NCBI GenBank assembly: GCA_023129165.1
Contig: JAGMCL010000119.1
Coordinates: 4,714 to 68,713 of the forward strand
Source of the DNA: a candidate division WOR-3 bacterium
GTDB taxonomy: Bacteria > Hydrothermota > UBA3073
Direction: 5' to 3'
Length of the DNA: 64,000 nt
Below, in pieces: positions 36,430 through 47,800 of this stretch (its first letter is position 1; the number at the start of each line of letters is the position of its first letter). The notes under the pieces are model-generated. The model was not told where the DNA came from, did not search any database, and was given only the letters and a program-made list of their open reading frames with translations. The translations under genes were made by a program, and so were the position numbers.

Positions 36430-39400
36430 CTACCTCATAACTACCATCTTCTTTATAGATTTGAAATCGCCTGCATTGAATTCATAGAAGTATATACCTG
36501 ATGCAATCTCTCTACCGGTGTTATCCTTCATATCCCAGTTAGCTGTGTAGTAACCAGCCTCCTTCGTCGCATTCACAAGTGTCTTCACAACCCTACCCGA
36601 AATGTCAAACACCCTTATGGTCACATCAGAAGTCCTTGGAATCGCATAACTTATAGACGTGTTCTTCCTCACAGGATTGGGTGCATTCTGATGAAGTGCA
36701 AATACCTTCGGCAACTCATCCACAGCCATCTTTGCACCACTACCAATGTAAAGGTCTAATGTCATTGCATTGTTCCAGAGAATCGGGTCAACAAACGCCG
36801 TCTGGATAGTTACGGCAATAGTATACAATCCCGGTTCATTAAGAACGACATCACCTGAGAAATATACTGTATCAGATGTGGATGCAGGAAGGTTCATAAC
36901 GTCATACACCCTTCTCCAGTAGATGTTTCCATCCTTATGAATCTTGTAGATGACCCTGAATGATAGGGTTGGACCACCTAACGGACTGTTGTTTGATACT
37001 ACCGCAGTTGGGTGTAATAAGGCACCTTGAGGTAGTGTGTCAACCCTTTCATCAACTATTATATCATCTACTGAGACATCATAAGGAATTTTCGGCTCAA
37101 GATTTATTCCGATTATATCATCGAGATACCACTCATCAGCATAGTCACCCTGATAGACAAAGGAGATGTATATCTGCTCGCCAACATAATCACAGAGGTT
37201 TACGGGACCATAAATAGTCCAGTCAGAAGGAGCTACGTCGGTCTCTTCTATTTCTTCGAAATCATCATCAGGAACACCGCTTCCTTCAGACACCCAGAGA
37301 CCATGATATTCATAGGAAGACCCGAAGTAGTTTTTCTGATAGAAGTAGATGTGTGCATCATCTCCCACCTGATATGCAGGCGTAACCAGCCAATCATCAC
37401 AATTATCAGAAACATTGTCATCATTGTGCCATGCGCCGTAATCACCGATTGGGTCACCATGTGAGCTGGATGCACCTGAATAGAACTGCTGCCAGCCATT
37501 GTTTGCATCACCAAGCTGGTAGTCAGCCCAACCAGGAGCGTGCCATACACCATCCTCGAAATCCTCTATCCAGGATGCAACTATACATCCCTCGGTCAGG
37601 GTGTCATTATTATAGAAGGTATCACTCGCAAGTATCGTATAGGCTGTGACGTCATATGAACCTGCTAATGCAGTCCAATCAGGGAATACCACATCAAGTG
37701 TAGCCTCTGCATCTACAATAACAGTCTGAACCTCCTCATAGACCTGGCGGTCACCATTACATTCAAAGGATGGGTCAATAATAAACGTTACATCAAAGGT
37801 ATCTGTAACAGGACCAAAGTTCTCAACTACAACCTCTGGAGCTACTATATCTCCATCTCCCACAACACCTACAGGAACAACTATATCCGCAACTCCTACA
37901 TCATGCGAAGGTACAAATGCCTCAACACCAACACCAGCAAAATCGTCTAAATGCCAGCCTGGATAGTAACCTGCACTTCCGTCACTCCTGAAATGCCAGT
38001 TCAGAAGGAAAAGATCACCGCTGCCCACATAATCCGAAAGGTAAAACCCTTCAAGCTCCCAGAATCCCTGATTACGTCCTGTAAAGAGGGACTCATAATC
38101 ACAGGCTGAATAACCAACATTATCGTATCCCCCCATAGGAGATATTACTGTCCAGCTTCCGCCATCATCAGTTGAGAGTTTTACATTCCCTCCGTCCCAT
38201 TTATTTTCTGTGTCATACCAATGCCAGAAATATAGAATTGGATTGTCAGAAAGGGCAATAAACTTTCTTATAAGACTGAAATCGGCATCATCATCATAAT
38301 CACCTGCAAGGTTTGTTGCCCATACATTCTCACCTGAATGGGCATTAGCAGGACCCTCAGGGTTTGTAGGTATACCCCACTGCCATCCTATAAAACCATC
38401 ATCAAGAATCGCCTCAAATCCACCATCATCCTCCTCAAGGTCTTCTGACCATTCTACTACTGAAAATTCACCCCATATAGAATCGTTTGATGGATTCTCA
38501 TCTTCAGCAAGAGCAGTATAGGCAAGGGTAGTATATGAACCACCTGTTGCGGCAAATGGGTCAGTAAAATCAACCGTGTCCATAAGACCTGATGCCAATG
38601 TAACAGTTTCTGTACAAGTATAATCCTGTTTGGCACCCCAGATCTGGAACGTGACAGGGAATGTCTCCTCATTTGCTCCGACGTTCTTAACCACGACCTG
38701 AGGATACACATCTCCTGCATCTACCAATTCCTCTGGCGCCAGTATTTCATGCACTCCCACATCGTGGTCAGGTACAATCACTGAAATCCCGGTTCCCATA
38801 ATATAATCAATATACCAGTGGTCGGCGAAGTCGCCCTCATACTTAAATGCAATATATCCGCTCAGGCCACTATAGTCAGATAGGTCAACAGGTCCATATA
38901 GTTCCCATACATATGGGTCAACTGGTGGAACCACATCAACCTCTACAAAGTCACCATCTGCAGGGTCGGGACTACCAGTCGATACCCAGATACCATGATA
39001 CACATAAAAGCCTCCAAAATATTCATTGTGATAGAATGACAAAGAGGCGCCCGGGTCGAATGAAAATAGTGGTGAAACAAGCCAATCCTCGCAATTGTCT
39101 GTAACATTGTCGTCCTGATGCCATGCACCAAAGTTACCCTCATAGGGAAGGCAATCTGGATAATCAGGACATCCGTCATAAAGGGACTGCCACCCATGGT
39201 TATCTGCAACATCTCCAGTCATATATGTCTCCCAGCCATAGGGTGGCCAATCGCCTGACTCAAAGTCCTCTACATAACTTATTGCACCAAATGTCGAATA
39301 GGCTGTATCATTTGCAGGATTTTCATCAATATCAAGGTCAGTATAGGAAATTGCCTCATATGAACCCTCTTCTACTGTAAAGTCGGGGAATACCAACGTA

Positions 39401-41235
39401 TCCATAACACCGGGTGAGAGTGTTGTATTAATCACCTCTGAATATATCTCATCCTTGGCGCCGTCAAATATCTTGAAGTAGGTATCAAACGTCTCTGCAT
39501 TAGCTCCAAAATTCTTTATCCTCGTTCTGGGAGCAACCACTGTGCCTGCTGTGTATGTTCCTGATGGTTCGATTATCGAGAGAGCACCAACATCGTGTTC
39601 AGGTGGGGGACCATACTCAACAACACACCGTAGAAGCCAGTCACCCTCTACGTCAGTATCTATAGCATAGACACCACTAAGATATTCCCAGGAACATCCT
39701 GCAGGGGCATTCACTGCTGCATCTATTCCAATACCGGGACAGTTTGGATAATTTCCCTCCTGTATATAGAAGATATAAAAATCACCATCGGGTATTACAA
39801 TATTTTCAGAAGCAAGGTCTTCGTAGTTCCATGCCCCTCTTACTCCAGTCAGAACAGGGGAATCGTAAAGAACGGTTCCCGGAGCACCACCAGTCCCATC
39901 ATCATCCAACAACCTCACCCTGTAATAATTACTACCTGGATCGGGCCAAGAGTCTGGATATAGGAATACGATACTACCGTTGATATTAGCTGGATAGGAG
40001 GTTGGTGTGAGTTTAAATCCCCAACCATTGCCACCATCATAATATGCCCATCCGTTGTCATATAAACCATCATCGTAATACAGTGTGTCTGGAGGAATAT
40101 AATCACTTACATCAAATGCACCCTCAAGGGTGTCATTGGAAGGCTCCTCATCTCCTACAAGCTCTGTATATGCCAGGGTTGTATATGAACCAAGCACAGT
40201 TGTAAATGCTGTGAAGTCCACAGTCTGTGTTGCTCCTGAATTAACCGTAACAGACTGAGTCTCTGAATATATCTCATCCTTGGTTCCGTTAAATATCTTG
40301 AATGTTGCATCGAATGTATCATCATTACCACCGAAGTTCTCCACCTCTATACTCGGGGTAACAGATACATCAGGTAGATATGTGCCCACAGGTTCATATA
40401 TCGCTGTTACACCAACATCATGTTCTGCAGGATAACCCACCTCAATATCATCTATAAACCAGACATACCACAGCCCATCATTGGTCGGCCCATCCACAGC
40501 ATGCCAGGCAAGCTCAATGGTCTGACCTGCATATGCAGAAAGGTCAATAACATATGGATATGCCCAATAATTCCAGGCATTCCCTGGAAGCGCACTCATA
40601 TCCAAAAGCTCATCCCAGCTTGCTCCACCATCAGTTGACGCCTTTACATAATAGTGGTCAAAATTGGTCGAACCCTCGTATCCATATGTCCAGAATGATA
40701 CATAATATGTACCAGAGGCAGAACCAGTAAGATTAATATCCAGAGTTAAAAGCCATTCATCCTGATGGTTATACGACCACCATAATCCAGCATTATATGT
40801 ACCTGAGTGAACACCAATTGGTGGCGAACCTGCTGAGCCATCAGTTTGGGTCCAGTAACCAGGAGTCGGGCCACTTACATCAGTACACGTCTGAATTACA
40901 CTCCATCCTGTAGGTGGCCAGGCACCCTCAAAACCCTCAGCTACTAATACAGCCTTCTCAGATTCAGAACGTGTCCCAATCACAGCTTCCCTTATCCTCA
41001 CTTCTGGAGTTATATCAGCAGGATTCCTCGCTGTTCCTTTTGACTCGAACAAGGCAGGAGGAGCAGCCAACTTAACCTCTTGTTGGATACTCTCTGATGC
41101 CCTAATCTCTTCTTCTAACTTCATCCTCTGTTCCAAAGGGAGTTTTGAAACCTCCTCACTTGTCATAGCAAAAAGAACTCCTGAAAAGGCTACCAACGCT
41201 ATGACCGCTGATACCAACAATATCTTCCCCCTCAT
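36430..41235 (-). CDS. T9SS cargo protein, paralog B (MAM/CARDB-like repeats)
   Basis: 1601 aa. The first ~900 aa are about 90% identical to paralog A, including the first 50 residues. The C-terminus ...VTIRVFDISGRVVKTLVNAT...GIYFYEFNAGDFKSIKKMVVMR is a T9SS CTD. Confidence 0.6.
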   Translation of the reverse strand: MRGKILLVSAVIALVAFSGVLFAMTSEEVSKLPLEQRMKLEEEIRASESIQQEVKLAAPPALFESKGTARNPADITPEVRIREAVIGTRSESEKAVLVAEGFEGAWPPTGWSVIQTCTDVSGPTPGYWTQTDGSAGSPPIGVHSGTYNAGLWWSYNHQDEWLLTLDINLTGSASGTYYVSFWTYGYEGSTNFDHYYVKASTDGGASWDELLDMSALPGNAWNYWAYPYVIDLSAYAGQTIELAWHAVDGPTNDGLWYVWFIDDIEVGYPAEHDVGVTAIYEPVGTYLPDVSVTPSIEVENFGGNDDTFDATFKIFNGTKDEIYSETQSVTVNSGATQTVDFTAFTTVLGSYTTLAYTELVGDEEPSNDTLEGAFDVSDYIPPDTLYYDDGLYDNGWAYYDGGNGWGFKLTPTSYPANINGSIVFLYPDSWPDPGSNYYRVRLLDDDGTGGAPGTVLYDSPVLTGVRGAWNYEDLASENIVIPDGDFYIFYIQEGNYPNCPGIGIDAAVNAPAGCSWEYLSGVYAIDTDVEGDWLLRCVVEYGPPPEHDVGALSIIEPSGTYTAGTVVAPRTRIKNFGANAETFDTYFKIFDGAKDEIYSEVINTTLSPGVMDTLVFPDFTVEEGSYEAISYTDLDIDENPANDTAYSTFGAISYVEDFESGDWPPYGWETYMTGDVADNHGWQSLYDGCPDYPDCLPYEGNFGAWHQDDNVTDNCEDWLVSPLFSFDPGASLSFYHNEYFGGFYVYHGIWVSTGSPDPADGDFVEVDVVPPVDPYVWELYGPVDLSDYSGLSGYIAFKYEGDFADHWYIDYIMGTGISVIVPDHDVGVHEILAPEELVDAGDVYPQVVVKNVGANEETFPVTFQIWGAKQDYTCTETVTLASGLMDTVDFTDPFAATGGSYTTLAYTALAEDENPSNDSIWGEFSVVEWSEDLEEDDGGFEAILDDGFIGWQWGIPTNPEGPANAHSGENVWATNLAGDYDDDADFSLIRKFIALSDNPILYFWHWYDTENKWDGGNVKLSTDDGGSWTVISPMGGYDNVGYSACDYESLFTGRNQGFWELEGFYLSDYVGSGDLFLLNWHFRSDGSAGYYPGWHLDDFAGVGVEAFVPSHDVGVADIVVPVGVVGDGDIVAPEVVVENFGPVTDTFDVTFIIDPSFECNGDRQVYEEVQTVIVDAEATLDVVFPDWTALAGSYDVTAYTILASDTFYNNDTLTEGCIVASWIEDFEDGVWHAPGWADYQLGDANNGWQQFYSGASSSHGDPIGDYGAWHNDDNVSDNCDDWLVTPAYQVGDDAHIYFYQKNYFGSSYEYHGLWVSEGSGVPDDDFEEIEETDVAPSDWTIYGPVNLCDYVGEQIYISFVYQGDYADEWYLDDIIGINLEPKIPYDVSVDDIIVDERVDTLPQGALLHPTAVVSNNSPLGGPTLSFRVIYKIHKDGNIYWRRVYDVMNLPASTSDTVYFSGDVVLNEPGLYTIAVTIQTAFVDPILWNNAMTLDLYIGSGAKMAVDELPKVFALHQNAPNPVRKNTSISYAIPRTSDVTIRVFDISGRVVKTLVNATKEAGYYTANWDMKDNTGREIASGIYFYEFNAGDFKSIKKMVVMR

Positions 41236-41436
41236 AAAACCTCCTTTCTTATACCTCGCATCAAATATAAAAAATATAATTATCGGGGTTGGGAAACCCC
41301 TCCTACATCGTTACTACAAATAAACATCTAATCGGGGTTGGGAAACCCCTCCTACATCGTTACGCAAAAAATACCTACTTCGTAGGGCAAGGCTTCAGCC
41401 TTGCGATTAAGCAAACCTGAAGGTTTGCCCTACATT

Positions 41437-43188
41437 TTAAAAAAGCACAAATTTTTTACTTTCAATCTTATCGGACGAAGATAATCTCAAAAAATAAACG
41501 CCATTAGCAACCCTAATTCCCATATTATCAGTTAAGTCCCAGAATGCCGAATATAGTCCAGGTTTTCTCTCTCCATTAACAATATCCCTTATCTTACGTC
41601 CGGATACATCATATACTGAAATCGAAACTGCCGATTTCTTATCTATCCCATAGGATATACTGAACGGATTCCTCAAAGGATTTGGGAATATCTTTCCAAG
41701 AAAGAATCTAAAACTCTCTTTCTCTGTTGCCAAACCGACTGTGTAGCCACTTGTAAAGACAGAAATCATTGGGTCACCATTTCCCCAATCCGTATTTACC
41801 CAGGTATCCCTCTCATATAACCATTTCTTGTCACCATTGTCGGTAGAACTATCCATCCCAATTCCTTCTTTCCCATAATCACGCTCAACATTCTCAACAC
41901 CTACCCAGAAAGAATTAGTATTTACGAAAAGGCTTCCCTGTGGAACAGAATATACCCAACCGGGAGGTATGGTGTCTCTCCAGAGCGTATCTTCATATAT
42001 CACGTCATCAGGCTCTTCGCCTCCCTGCCATATGGTAAGTATTACAGGGTCGAGTGTTGAATCCGGGTATGGATGGAGACTGTCTCCCTCTGAGATGAGC
42101 CAGACCTTGATATACTTTATTAGTAAAGGAATCGAGTCTGTATGAAACCCTAAAGCAAGAATGGTATCCTCCCCTGCATAAAATCCTTCTGCAACATCAC
42201 CACTGTAGTAATAGAGACTGTCATTTCCAGAACCCGGTGCCTTTACCATCATAGAGATTGTATCATTTGTATGATCAGGGTCGCCATCCTCTCCTGTAAT
42301 CACCTTGAGTCGATAGTCGATAAATTCGTAGGGGTTCCATCCATCAAACGTCAGCTGACGTGTTTCATTCATCTGGAGATTCTCTACACTCTGGCTGTCT
42401 GAGTAAACTATATTGCCAAGCGAATCAACCACACAGTATACATAGAATCCTAATGCCTCTCCTGGCCCCGTATTCATAATTTGGGTTTTTACAGAACAGG
42501 GTCTGTCAGGTTCGATAAGAAATGCATCAGATGGATAGTCAATGGATATAGGAAGGACATCCGGGTTGGCATTGAAGTAGAATCTTACAGCAAGACTATC
42601 TCTTCTTGCCCAGTAGGGATATTCAAGACCATTTATTGTATCCTCTGCCCCGATGCCAGTTAGATAATACCACATCGTCCACGGATTACCAGAGCCCTCA
42701 TGATTCAGATACTGAAAGATAATAGAAGAATCAGAGCAGTCAATTATAACCTCAAATGTATAGGTAACACCGCCTCCTGTCATGGGTGGGACACTATCCC
42801 AGCCAACCACAAGCTTCGTTCCAATACTATCCCAGTAAATATCTCCAGCATTAAGGTCGCCGGCAAATGGGGCAAGCACATTTACACACCATGGCGGTTG
42901 TGGTATTGATTGTGTGGGATATGCATTCGAGGTCCCATTCGTGAAACTCAACCATCCATTTGAACAGACTGCAATACTCGAGTATCCTGTTCCATAAAAC
43001 CAGAATTCTCCTGGTATCATGTCAATGAGCCCACTGTTGGCATCACCTCCAAGTGATAGGTGAGTGCCACCAGTGAAATCTATCCAGTTAAAGGTTGGAC
43101 CATCCGGTTCCCTTGAATCAATGTAGTAATATCCAAAACCATCTGGTCCTCCCGTATAACATAGGATAAAAAGGATATAAAATATCAT
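41437..43188 (-). CDS. T9SS cargo protein (CARDB-like domain)
   Basis: 583 aa. The C-terminus FPNPLRNPFSISYGIDKKSAVSISVYDVSGRKIRDIVNGERKPGLYSAFWDL...GVYFLRLSSSDKIESKKFVLF is a T9SS CTD. Confidence 0.55.
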   Translation of the reverse strand: MIFYILFILCYTGGPDGFGYYYIDSREPDGPTFNWIDFTGGTHLSLGGDANSGLIDMIPGEFWFYGTGYSSIAVCSNGWLSFTNGTSNAYPTQSIPQPPWCVNVLAPFAGDLNAGDIYWDSIGTKLVVGWDSVPPMTGGGVTYTFEVIIDCSDSSIIFQYLNHEGSGNPWTMWYYLTGIGAEDTINGLEYPYWARRDSLAVRFYFNANPDVLPISIDYPSDAFLIEPDRPCSVKTQIMNTGPGEALGFYVYCVVDSLGNIVYSDSQSVENLQMNETRQLTFDGWNPYEFIDYRLKVITGEDGDPDHTNDTISMMVKAPGSGNDSLYYYSGDVAEGFYAGEDTILALGFHTDSIPLLIKYIKVWLISEGDSLHPYPDSTLDPVILTIWQGGEEPDDVIYEDTLWRDTIPPGWVYSVPQGSLFVNTNSFWVGVENVERDYGKEGIGMDSSTDNGDKKWLYERDTWVNTDWGNGDPMISVFTSGYTVGLATEKESFRFFLGKIFPNPLRNPFSISYGIDKKSAVSISVYDVSGRKIRDIVNGERKPGLYSAFWDLTDNMGIRVANGVYFLRLSSSDKIESKKFVLF

Positions 43189-43286
43189 CCAGATTTATTT
43201 CCGTTCCCTAAATTTATTATAAAATCGCTATGTAGGGCTATAAGCCCTGCTCTACTTTTTGTTGACAAACATAATAGAAGCATCTA

Positions 43287-44789
43287 TTACTTCTCCTCAA
43301 ACTTCTTCTCAATTTCCTTTTCAATTGCCTCTTCAATTACTGCAAACACTACCCTTCTGTTCTCTATACCAGATATTCCAGGTCCTGTCCTATCCGAAAG
43401 AAGCTCTTTCTCACCCAAACCAACTGTAATTATCTTATCCGGAGCTATACCATAACCTACCAATATGTCTCTTACAGCCTCTGCCCTTTTTATAGAAAGC
43501 CTTATATTTGCCTCCCCACTGCCTGCCTTATCACAGTGTCCCTCTATTGTCACAACCTTATCAGCATAGTATGTCTTTATAAGTCTCGCTGCCTCAGAGA
43601 CTTGTGCATATTCCTCTTTCGGTACCACAGAGTTTCCATAGACAAAGTGAATGTTTAAAAGGTGCAGAAGTTCGTCAGGGGTAATGTATGTTTTCAGGGA
43701 CGTCTCAAGGATACCCTTCAACTCCTCTATATCCATCTTAATATCAGTGATATCCATCATTATCTGCTCATGGTCACTGAGCAGTCTATCATACTGCTCA
43801 TCCTCAATAAGAACCTTGATTGGACCGGCATCCCTTGGCCTACCGAAACCAAATGAGAGACTGAGACGATGGTCTACCTCAGAACTCACCTCTTCTCCCC
43901 AATCCCTGTATGCATAATCAAGCTGGAATGCACCAACCTTTACACCTGCACCGTATGAAATATTCATTCCACTCTCGTCTGCATTGTTCCAATCATATCC
44001 ACCTGCATAGCCTGCACGCAGTGCAAGAACATCTACAACCCAGAGTTCTCCACCAAGGTTGTACCTCATGCCGCCATCAAGTGGATAGTTTATATCAACT
44101 GCTGTATTAAGTGCGAAAATGGAGAGATTCGGGAATTGCAGCGTGAATCCACTCTTCACATTCAGGGGCTGGTCAAATGCATCATTCATAAACTTAACCT
44201 GTGTGCCAAAATTCTGCATACATACACCAATACTGAATAACACATTGCCATTTGCAAAGGCTATAGGTGGAACGAGCAGACCGATATCTCCAGCAACTGC
44301 AGTAGCCGTATAACCAGCATAGTCGAAGTATAAAAACTTTCCATTCAACCCAAGTGCAAAATACTTATGGAATCTACCACTATATCCCAGGATACCCCCC
44401 ATGGAATAGGATTTTACTGTTCCCTCATAGACGCCATTAGTCATTTTCCGAATATCACCCTCATTGAAATACAGAATTCCCACACCAATCGTGCCCAGCC
44501 CAGATGGAAAACCCAAAGACAGAAATGTCTGATAGGTATCCATGAGATACTGATTGTGGCTGGTAGAGATACTTGGTCTATTTAAAAATGCAAGCGTTGC
44601 AGGGTTATACAATAGACCATTGACATCCCCGGTAAGACATGAAAATGCATCTCCCATCCCCATAGGTCTAGCACTTACCGGTATCTCAAACGGCGTAACC
44701 AGGCGAGTTCCGGCATCTTCACCCGGCGTGAATGAGAACGCGGTGAGCGGGATGATGAGGATGAGACCTGTCAAAAGCAACCACCTCAT
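43287..44789 (-). CDS. PorP/SprF(PorV)-like outer-membrane beta-barrel fused to C-terminal OmpA peptidoglycan-binding domain
   Basis: Signal peptide MRWLLLTGLILIIPLTAFS. PVSARPMGMGDAFSCLTGDVNGLLYNPATLAF matches the N-terminal motif of the PorP/SprF/PorV families. The C-terminus EGHCDKAGSGEANIRLSIKRAEAVRDILVGYGIAPDKIITVGLGEKEL...NRRVVF is OmpA-like. The gene lies directly downstream of the giant T9SS cargo gene. Confidence 0.6.
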   Translation of the reverse strand: MRWLLLTGLILIIPLTAFSFTPGEDAGTRLVTPFEIPVSARPMGMGDAFSCLTGDVNGLLYNPATLAFLNRPSISTSHNQYLMDTYQTFLSLGFPSGLGTIGVGILYFNEGDIRKMTNGVYEGTVKSYSMGGILGYSGRFHKYFALGLNGKFLYFDYAGYTATAVAGDIGLLVPPIAFANGNVLFSIGVCMQNFGTQVKFMNDAFDQPLNVKSGFTLQFPNLSIFALNTAVDINYPLDGGMRYNLGGELWVVDVLALRAGYAGGYDWNNADESGMNISYGAGVKVGAFQLDYAYRDWGEEVSSEVDHRLSLSFGFGRPRDAGPIKVLIEDEQYDRLLSDHEQIMMDITDIKMDIEELKGILETSLKTYITPDELLHLLNIHFVYGNSVVPKEEYAQVSEAARLIKTYYADKVVTIEGHCDKAGSGEANIRLSIKRAEAVRDILVGYGIAPDKIITVGLGEKELLSDRTGPGISGIENRRVVFAVIEEAIEKEIEKKFEEK

Positions 44790-44855
44790 AATTCCTCCTC
44801 CTTTATATCCCTGCCCCGCACTTATTTATAGGTGCAGGGCAGGAAATTCACAATG

Positions 44856-47800
44856 TTATCTAATAACCAGAATCTTATCCTTAAGAACCTTAACTTCGTC
44901 GTTTATCTTAGTACTCACAAGTATAACGTACATACCGGAAGCCACCTTCTTACCCTCGTCGTTATCCAGCTCCCATGTATATGTCCAGGTAGGCACATTA
45001 TCACCCTTGTACTTGGGTGTCTCCATTGCCACCTTATACCGTACAATCTCACCTGCGAGGTTAAAGATGGTGAGCCCGGGGTCTGCATCATCATCACCCT
45101 TACACCTTATCGTTACCTTGGTTCCAGTAACCGGGTTCTCATCGTATGTGAGCTCAGTCTCAGATGTTACGGTGAGTTTAACAACAGCCTCATATGAAGG
45201 CATTCCATCCTTCTCATCTCTCACCTCAAACATACCTGTAAAGACACCCTCCATTGTGAACTTAGGAATGTCCACAGACATAAGTACTCGTTCAGAACCA
45301 CCGATGCCAAGTGTGTCTACAACAGGATAGGTGAACTTGACCCTGTCTCTTGAAATTACCGTACCAGATACATCCTCAAGGTCAGTCAGCATAATGAGCT
45401 CAAGGTCTGTTAGAATGACGTTACCCAGGTTGAGAACACTGAAGTACTCCGAACCTGTTGTGCCTTCTCTACCAGTAACCCCAAGTGTGTCAACAGAGAG
45501 CGCGACTATCTCGTCGGGCAGCACGGTAACATTAAGGGTAAAGGAGTCGCTCACAACTTCATTCTTCTCGCCACCACTGTATTCAAGTACAACCCATCCA
45601 GTATATACACCTTCATTCTGGTCTTCAGGTATCGAAACAGTAAGCGCTCCAATTGTATAGCTTCCATATTCGACGTCATAATTCCTCGGGTCAAACTCTA
45701 CTGTAAAGTCTTCAAGTCCGTTCACCCTACTTGCTATACATGTCAGGTCTACATTACCAACACCAATCGGGTTCTTGATTACGAAGTGAGTTTCAGGTGT
45801 TGTGGTTCCTACATCACCAACAACATACATTGTATTCTCAACAAGGTTGCCCTCGTTGTCGGCAATATGGAAGTATGGTGATTCCGCCACCGTGAGGATT
45901 ACCCTCACTGTGTCAGAGACAGAACCACTTCCGTTTATGGCAGTAACAAGCCCTGAATATGTTGTGGCATAAGTTCCTACAGGTATATGTATAACCGCAT
46001 GTGCCGTGGTATATGTGCCGGATTCAAGCGAGGATATATTGTCAGGCTCGAAGTCAATGTTGTCTTTTGAGATGAACCTCGTACCGCCAGCGTTGAAGAG
46101 ATTGTCCGCAACAAAGTGGATACCATATAGTGTGGTGTTCCCAGGACCATCTGGATCCGGATTGTTGGCAAGGTCTGTGCTGTAAACAGTGAAGTCAGGT
46201 GTTGCCTTAGTAGAACCATGTTCGACATCACCTGCTATCTCAACCGAAGCCTCAGCAATGTCAAGGTCCTCGGTCTCGTTCACAACAAGTCTCACCAAAA
46301 TCCCGTCGTCAACACCTTCGTTGCCAAAGACCGTAATCCAGCCTTCGTATGTCCCAGCTGCTACATCTTCGGGTATTTCAACTGAGACCGGAGCATCCTC
46401 ACCGCCGCCAGAGACAATAAATCCTGGCAGATCAACCAATACATCCTCAGCAGGTATAACATTGTCTATCTTGGTGCCTCTGCCGTATGTTGATTCGACG
46501 TACTCGGCTACTCCACCCTTACCATCCTTTGCTGGACCACCAACAAAGACAAGGTCCTCTACCTTGTAAGACAGCTCATCGAGGTCTGCGTTTCCAAAGG
46601 GATCAGGATCAAAATTAGTTACCTCTGAATTGGGATTGATAATCCTGAACATCCCACCAAGAACCTCACCAATGTCTCCAGCTCCGATATCAAGAACATT
46701 CCTTACGATATCAAGGTCATATGAAGGATTAACGGTAAGCACAACCGTCTGAGTAACAAGCGGATGGCCATCATCGTCCTTCACAGTTATCGTAGCCTCG
46801 TAATCTCCCGTATATGTACCAGCTGGTACGAATACATTAATATTAATTGCATCACTCGTAGCACCAGGACCAAGTATGCTTATTTCAGTAGGATCGAAGG
46901 TCACATTAAGAACTGGTATGACATATGAGCCGTATACGAAGTTCGTAGAGGTGAATATAATATGGTCAAGTATATTGTTGCCTGTGTTGGTCACAGTGAA
47001 GCTGGTTGTTCCTACAAGTCCGTGATCCGTACTGAAGTCTGCAGGATCTGTCATTGTCAGACCCTCAACAGCCTCAACAGTTAGAACGACATCAAAGCTG
47101 TCACCCGTATCATCCTCCTCAGGTGATGTCACTGTTGCCGTTCCAGTGTATATACCCTCAATCTGACCCTCAGGTATGTTAACAGTGTAAGTAATCACAA
47201 CTGAACTACCTGAAGCAAGATTTGTGGGTGAACTTATCGCTGTTGGCACAATGTCAGCACCAGGACCTGTAAGATTACTCAATGTGTACGTTAGATTCGT
47301 AAGATCGGCATTCCCAAACATATCCGGGTCAATGTTCATCGCCTCGGAGTTCGGGTTGACGAGTAAGAACTCAGCCATTACGGTATTACCTGGTATCTCT
47401 ATAAGAGACATTGTATTACCCACGAGGTTCTGCTCGTTGTCAGATATATCAAGGTCATAGGAAGGATTGACGGTAATGATAATAGTAACCTCGTCAGAGA
47501 CAGAACCCTCACCGTTCTTCGCCGTTATCGTTCCCTTATATATACCTGTAAGGATTCCGAGAGGTATATCAACAGTAACTCCTATCTCATAAGTCTCTTC
47601 TGGTTCAATTTCGGCAATGTTCTCAGGTATAAATGTAATACCCTCTTTCGGAATTACATTATCAAATTCATCATAAAGGTTGGTTGAAGTAAAGTTAATT
47701 CCAGTAAGTTTAACATTGCCGGTGTTTGTTATATTAAACACTATATCACCAACGTTAGTGCCGTGGTCACCTGCTCCAGATATATCATCCTCATCTATGT

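Noticed and set aside
44554-45330. 258-aa plus-strand ORF (and many others of 60-190 aa, e.g. 59878-60426, 29978-30565, 55327-55791) inside the giant and large cargo genes
   Set aside because: These are antisense shadow ORFs of long, repetitive, compositionally biased minus-strand genes. They are S/P/T-rich and low-complexity, with no RBS or family signal.
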